A stretch of 21,631 nucleotides of DNA from Candidatus Fervidifonticultor sextus (GTDB taxonomy: Bacteria; Sysuimicrobiota; Sysuimicrobiia; Sysuimicrobiales; Humicultoraceae), in NCBI GenBank assembly GCA_031459875.1, contig JAVKHQ010000002.1, forward strand, positions 105,975 to 127,605, read 5' to 3'. The notes under the pieces are model-generated. The model had not been told where the DNA came from and did no database searches. It saw only the letters and a list, made by a program, of their open reading frames with translations. The translations under genes were made by a program, and so were the position numbers. This document shows, in pieces, positions 17,306 to 21,631 of the stretch (position 1 is its first letter; the number at the start of each line of letters is the position of its first letter).

Positions 17306-17908
17306 TCAGGCGGCGAACTTGAACGGTCCCAGCACCGCGTTGCGCCCACTGTACTCCCATCGGATGCGGTGCTGCGGGACGTCGGCCCGGAACGCGGGCG
17401 CTGTGCCGACGAAGGCCGCAGAGCCGGGGATGGTGGAGAAGACGCTGTCCACGAGCTTCGTGGGGTGGCCCTGGAGGTCCGTCAGGGGCTCCATCTCGCT
17501 GGTCACCGCATCGCCGATCCTGATGTACCCCTTGCCCTCGCGGAAACTGAAGTCAATGGGGGCGTCGTAGACGCCGAGGACCTCACCCACAAGGGGTGCC
17601 AGGTCGGCCAGCGGTCCGCCAAGCTTCCCGGTGTGCGCCGCCAGGATGGCCTCCTTCTGCTGCGGCGTGGCCCTGCTGTCGACGAAGACCACGGCCTTCC
17701 AGTTGCCCTTGAGGACGTTCCCGGGAATCTGCACGACCAGGGCCAGGGTCAGGCCCGCCACGTCGACCCCGTTGATTTGCCCGCGGTCGTAATGGTAGGC
17801 GATGAGCCCGTTGCAGGCCCCGCCGTCGGGATCCTGCCCGACCCAGCAGGGGCACACGGCTGCACATGAGCAGGCTTCCAGCAGCGCGCCTTCCAGCACG
17901 TACCCCAT
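17306..17908 (-). CDS. DUF1326 family Cys-rich protein
   Basis: EACSCAAVCPCW...PDGGAC, IPGNVLKGNW, VDSRATPQQKEA. GGAGGT RBS before ATG 17908. Confidence 0.88.
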   Translation of the reverse strand: MGYVLEGALLEACSCAAVCPCWVGQDPDGGACNGLIAYHYDRGQINGVDVAGLTLALVVQIPGNVLKGNWKAVVFVDSRATPQQKEAILAAHTGKLGGPLADLAPLVGEVLGVYDAPIDFSFREGKGYIRIGDAVTSEMEPLTDLQGHPTKLVDSVFSTIPGSAAFVGTAPAFRADVPQHRIRWEYSGRNAVLGPFKFAA

Positions 17909-18067
17909 AGCCGTCACCTCCCTGGTGGTGTGCGCGTCCCGCGCGCCTAGTGGGCGATCGAGAAGACCAGCTGCACGTTGTCTTCCCGCGCGTCGTTTCC
18001 ATGCGTTGTCCCCTCCTGTCTCCCCGTAGGTCCCAGAGTATTCCCCCTCTGAGACAGACACCGTCCC

Positions 18068-18430
18068 TCAGAACGAGACCACCCGGTCATACTCCGCCAC
18101 CAGCGCTGCGAACTGCCTGGGCGTCATGAACTGGCCATTCTTGCCCTGCAGGTCCTGCTCGGTCACCCCACGGGCGGCCGAACAGCCGCCTCAGACGTAG
18201 ATCGGAATCTTGTACTCGAGGACCTTCGCCATCAGGTCCTTCATAGGCGGCCAGCCTACGGGCACGATGGCGTTGGCCACGACATCCTTCATCACCACCA
18301 CCGCATCGGCCGTCAGGCCGATGGCGGCCTGGTGGCCCGCTTCCACGGCCCCTATGGCCGACAGTAACGGCAGGACCGCCTTCGTGGGGTTCTCGGACCC
18401 GTGGGTCCCATTGAAGAACAATCGGGCCAT
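18068..18430 (-). CDS. DsrE/DsrF-like protein, predicted selenoprotein with UxxC motif (Sec at TGA 18191..18193, residue 80 of 120)
   Basis: THGSENPTKAVLP...GHQAAIGLTADAV N-terminus. The frame continues after the TGA as GGCSAARGVTEQDLQGKNGQFMTPRQFAALVAEYDRVVSF to TGA 18068..18070, completing the DsrE CxxC...RG motif and the usual C-terminal D-x-V-x-x-F ending. Confidence 0.88.
18155..18185 (-). promoter_or_regulatory. Putative bacterial SECIS element of the DsrE-like gene
   Basis: UGA-N5-CUGUUCGG-C-CGCC-CGUGG-GGUG-A-CCGAGCAG: 8-bp lower stem, C/A mismatch, 4-5 bp upper stem, GU-containing apical loop 18-19 nt after the UGA. Confidence 0.68.
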
Positions 18431-18470
18431 CCGCGTCACCCCCTCACCCCATCCTGAATCCATTGTGAGA

Positions 18471-18497
18471 GACGGGGCTGCGGCGCAGACTTATTGC
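18471..18497 (-). promoter_or_regulatory. Putative ECF-sigma promoter GCAATAA-N16-CGTC upstream of the Sec-DsrE operon
   Basis: Minus strand GCAATAA-gtctgcgccgcagccc-CGTC, ending 40 nt before ATG 18430. Same boxes and spacing as 2277..2303. Confidence 0.65.
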
Positions 18498-18601
18498 ACG
18501 AGCGGAGGGCCAGGGTCCGGCCGGCCGGCGGGTCGGGCGGGCGGCCTGTCGGCCCCCGGGAAGCCGCCTGCTCTGCCTCCGGCGGTCAGGGCCTTCTTGA
18601 C

Positions 18602-18642
18602 TTACTCATGCATTTGAGTAAAAATACTCACTAATATGAGTA
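18602..18642. repeat. Two tandem palindromes TACTCA-N6-TGAGTA over the promoter and start codon of the ATPase
   Basis: TTACTCA-tgcatt-TGAGTAA (18602..18621) and TACTCA-ctaata-TGAGTA (18625..18642). Confidence 0.75.
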
Positions 18643-19850
18643 ATCAGAGGCATCCTGCCTTCATCCGACCCCAGGCCCAGGTCTTGGCCACCCGGCTTGC
18701 CGAGCCACGGCGCCACCTCCAGGTGGTCGCAGGCCCCCGGCAGGTCGGCAAGACCACGTTGGTACTGCAGGTGCTCGCGACCTGGGGCGAGCACGCGCGG
18801 TACGCGTCGGCCGACGAGCCGACACTGCGGGATCGGGCGTGGTTGGTGGCGCAGTGGGAGGCGGCACGCCTGGTCGCCAGGCGGGCGGGCAGGCGCGGCG
18901 CGGTCCTCGCGCTAGACGAGATCCACAAGATCCCTGGCTGGTCCGAGACGGTCAAAGGCCTCTGGGACGAGGACACACGGCAGCGCGTGCCGTTGCGCGT
19001 CGTGATCCTGGGCTCGGCTCCTCTCCTGGTGCAGCGGGGCTTGACCGAGAGCCTGGCCGGGCGGTTCGAGGTCATCCCGCTCGGACACTGGACGTTGGTC
19101 GAGATGCGGGAGGCATTCGGCTTCGCGCTCGACCAGTACCTCTTCTTCGGCGGCTATCCCGGAGCGGCGCCGCTGGCACAGGATCCAGCACGCTGGACGC
19201 GCTACGTGAAGGACGCGTTGATTGAGACGACAATCGCGCGCGACGTGCTGCTACTCTCCCGCGTGGACAAACCCGCCCTCCTGCGCCAGCTGTTCGAACT
19301 GGGTTGCCACTTCTCAGGCCAGGTGCTCTCCTACACAAAGATGCTCGGGCAGCTGCAGGACGCGGGGAATACCACGACCCTGGCGCATTACCTGGAGTTG
19401 CTCTCCGGCGCGGGCATGCTCACCGGTCTGCAGAAATACGCCGGCTCGGTGGTACGCCGACGGGGCTCGAGCCCCAAGCTGCAGGTGCTCAATACGGCGC
19501 TGATGACCGCCACCATGGGCCTGAGGTTCACCGAAGCGCGCGCAGACCCGGAAACGTGGGGGCGCATCGTGGAATCCGCAGTCGGCGCTCATCTGGCCAA
19601 CGCGGCCGCCGGCGGCGAGGGGGAGCTCTTCTACTGGCGCGAGCGCAATCGCGAAGTAGACTTCGTGCTCCGACGCGGACGGCGGCTGGTGGCCATCGAG
19701 GTGAAGTCCAGCCGGCGGCGCCAAACGCTGCCCGGACTGGAGGCCTTCGCTGACCTGTTCAGACCCGCGCGCACTCTGATCGTGGGAGCCGACGGGGTTC
19801 CGCTGGAAGAGTTCCTGGCACAGCCCGCCAATCACTGGACGAGCCCATGA
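18636..19850 (+). CDS. AAA_14 ATPase with C-terminal DUF4143 domain
   Basis: Walker A GPRQVGKTT, Walker B LALDEIH, ILGSA, ESLAGRF, GGYPG, C-terminal FYWRE..EVDFV..AIEVKS (PD-(D/E)xK-like). Confidence 0.92.
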   Translation: MSNQRHPAFIRPQAQVLATRLAEPRRHLQVVAGPRQVGKTTLVLQVLATWGEHARYASADEPTLRDRAWLVAQWEAARLVARRAGRRGAVLALDEIHKIPGWSETVKGLWDEDTRQRVPLRVVILGSAPLLVQRGLTESLAGRFEVIPLGHWTLVEMREAFGFALDQYLFFGGYPGAAPLAQDPARWTRYVKDALIETTIARDVLLLSRVDKPALLRQLFELGCHFSGQVLSYTKMLGQLQDAGNTTTLAHYLELLSGAGMLTGLQKYAGSVVRRRGSSPKLQVLNTALMTATMGLRFTEARADPETWGRIVESAVGAHLANAAAGGEGELFYWRERNREVDFVLRRGRRLVAIEVKSSRRRQTLPGLEAFADLFRPARTLIVGADGVPLEEFLAQPANHWTSP

Positions 19851-19856
19851 GCCGGA

Positions 19857-20579
19857 TCACCGCCGCGGCGACGGCCGGTACCCCCAGATCTTGCTCGTCT
19901 TCAGCCCCATCCCGGCCAACGCACTGGCCACCGAGAACCCCGCGGCCACCGGGTCGATGACCGGGATGCCCAGATCGTCCTGCAGGCGCTCCGCGGAGCC
20001 GGTCAGCGCCGCGCACCCCAGGACGACGGCCTCGGCGTGGTCGGCGTCGCGCGCCGCCAGACCTTCGCGGCGCATGGCCGCATAGCACCCCTCCGGGTCG
20101 TCCTGGATCCCCTGCACCGAGAAGTCCACCGCCCGCCACACGCAGATGCGGTGGGCCGCCCCGGCGGCTCGCGCGTTCTGCTCCATCTTGGGGACCCACT
20201 TCCAGTCGCCCACCAGCACCGCGATCCGGGAAGCGACGATGCCGGCCAGCATAAAGCTGGCCTCGCCGATGCCGACCACCGGGATGTCCAGGGCCTCCCG
20301 CAGTTCCCACATCCCGGGGTCGTAGAAGCAGCCGATGCTGGCCGCCGCGATCCGGTGGCGGGCCACATAGGCGGGCAGCACCGCGAGCATCAGTCCCACG
20401 GCCGCGTGGTCGTCGGCGAAGTGTTCAAGGTCGGGCGGGCCGTCCGGGAGGTCGATCACGTGGACGTCGGCGGCGGGCGCCAGTCCGGCCAGGTAGGCCC
20501 GGACCGCCTCGACGCGGCCGGGCCGCGCGCGGACCGGGATCACGTGCAGGACCGCCGGCATGCCTGGTGGCCTCTGCAC
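19857..20579 (-). CDS. Asp/Glu/hydantoin racemase family protein (hydantoin/allantoin racemase-like)
   Basis: Two catalytic-Cys motifs IGCFYDPG and VLGCAAL, plus PVVGIGEA and IPVIDP. Start is GTG 20579 or ATG 20561. Confidence 0.88.
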   Translation of the reverse strand: MQRPPGMPAVLHVIPVRARPGRVEAVRAYLAGLAPAADVHVIDLPDGPPDLEHFADDHAAVGLMLAVLPAYVARHRIAAASIGCFYDPGMWELREALDIPVVGIGEASFMLAGIVASRIAVLVGDWKWVPKMEQNARAAGAAHRICVWRAVDFSVQGIQDDPEGCYAAMRREGLAARDADHAEAVVLGCAALTGSAERLQDDLGIPVIDPVAAGFSVASALAGMGLKTSKIWGYRPSPRR

Positions 20580-20601
20580 CGCCGTCGCGTCCTCCGCCAG
20601 T

Positions 20602-21630
20602 TCAGTACCCGGGGACCCCGAGGTCCCGGCACGCCGCGGCGACCTCGGGGTGCACGTACTTCCCGTCCACCTCCAGCGGCACCCCGTCCAGGTGGATCGT
20701 GGGGTTGAGCACGACGCAGTCGGTGTGGGCGGCGGCCTTCCACCCCACCGCCTTCATCTGGGGCCCCTGCGTCCCGATCCCCATGTTGAAGATCCCGAAC
20801 ATCCGCTCGTCTTCCACGATGCGGCCGGTGGGCTTGGTGACGCCGGGGTTGAAGCCGAGCGAGTAGTGCGCCACGCGGTACATGTTGGGATCCCCGAACG
20901 AGGCCAGCCACCGCTCGTAGACCCTGGCCTCGGCGCCGCCCTCGACCTTCTTGACGACGCCCGCCTCGATGGTCAGGGTCACCGGCGTGCGCACCAGCCC
21001 GATCTCCGCCGGCGGCCAGATGCAGCCGTCCACCACGAGACGGCCCGCGATGGTCTCCTCCAGCGGCGCCCAGGAGACCTGGCCGACCAGCATGATCGGC
21101 TCGCCCGGGGTGTCGGCGAGCCTGCCGGAGTGGCGGATGTAGCGGCCGGCGTTGTCGGCGACCAGGTCGGTGCCGGCCGCAGTGGTGATCTTCACCTCCC
21201 GCGCGCCGGCCAGCAGCGCCCGCAGCCTCTCGCCCATGGCGATGACCTTGGGGTAGTCGACGCGCCCGATCGAGCGCACCATCATCTGGACGTCCATCCC
21301 CGACAGACAGATGTACCGGGCGCCGCGCTCCATCGCGCGGCGGTAGGCGTTGGAGTAGAGGATGTAACCGACCGCGTACTCGATCCAGATGTCGCAGTCG
21401 GCGATGGCCGCGGCCACAGGCCGGGGTGGATCCTGACCGCTGGTGAGGTTGGTAGGATACCACAGGACGACCGGGACCGCGCCGGCCGCGAACGCGGCGT
21501 TCGCCGTGGCCTCCACCACGCGCGCGTCACTGCTGGAGTCGGCGGTGATCACCACCTGCTCGCCGGGTCTGGCCAGCATGACCTGCTCGACGAGTTTCCG
21601 CGCCGCGGCGGCGACCTCGAAGGACAGGTA
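20602..21630 (-). CDS. Thermophilic metalloprotease (M29)/aminopeptidase T-like protein, 5' end outside the window
   Basis: PGEQVVITAD, ITTAAGTDL, GRLVVDG, LGFNPG, EDER, AHTDCVVLNPTIHLDG. The frame is open to the window edge (YLSFEVAAAARKLVEQVM...). Confidence 0.75.
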   Translation of the reverse strand, partial: YLSFEVAAAARKLVEQVMLARPGEQVVITADSSSDARVVEATANAAFAAGAVPVVLWYPTNLTSGQDPPRPVAAAIADCDIWIEYAVGYILYSNAYRRAMERGARYICLSGMDVQMMVRSIGRVDYPKVIAMGERLRALLAGAREVKITTAAGTDLVADNAGRYIRHSGRLADTPGEPIMLVGQVSWAPLEETIAGRLVVDGCIWPPAEIGLVRTPVTLTIEAGVVKKVEGGAEARVYERWLASFGDPNMYRVAHYSLGFNPGVTKPTGRIVEDERMFGIFNMGIGTQGPQMKAVGWKAAAHTDCVVLNPTIHLDGVPLEVDGKYVHPEVAAACRDLGVPGY

Positions 21631-21631
21631 C

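Noticed and set aside
572..18430. Alternative readings of the two in-frame TGAs: nonsense pseudogenes or a genetic code with UGA reassigned
   Set aside because: Both TGAs fall on catalytic Cys columns and have SECIS-like hairpins, while many neighbouring genes use TGA as a true stop in ATGA/GTGA overlaps. Pseudogenisation is not formally excluded without seeing the sel genes.
18602..18642. Palindromic repeats as CRISPR repeats or transposon ends
   Set aside because: Only two short adjacent copies, no spacers, and no cas or transposase genes in the window.

Overview
High-GC bacterial window, almost entirely coding on the minus strand. The main result is two genes that the ORF track truncates at an in-frame TGA but that read as selenoproteins. 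One is an ArsM-like SAM methyltransferase (572..1396, ...WAG-U-LSGAL...) and the other a DsrE-family protein (18068..18430, ...IYV-U-GG-C...). Each TGA is followed by a SECIS-like hairpin with a CGUG apical loop. The two operons (ECF sigma/zinc anti-sigma/Sec-methyltransferase/AhpD-like, and Sec-DsrE/DUF1326/DUF2182) lie about 16 kb apart yet share the same upstream motif GCAATAA-N16-CGTC. This suggests one ECF-sigma-controlled selenoprotein redox/sulfur/metalloid regulon (inference). Between them lies a GntR-linked catabolic cluster: divergent LarA-family racemase, beta-hydroxyacid dehydrogenase, DUF1893/ECF-S fusion, sugar ABC transporter without ATPase, phosphodiesterase, and a more AT-rich tctBCA plus MBL hydrolase block. 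The right end holds an AAA_14/DUF4143 ATPase with tandem palindromes over its start, then the tail of another operon (M29-like protein, hydantoin racemase-like). All family calls come from motif recognition by eye; no database search was run.
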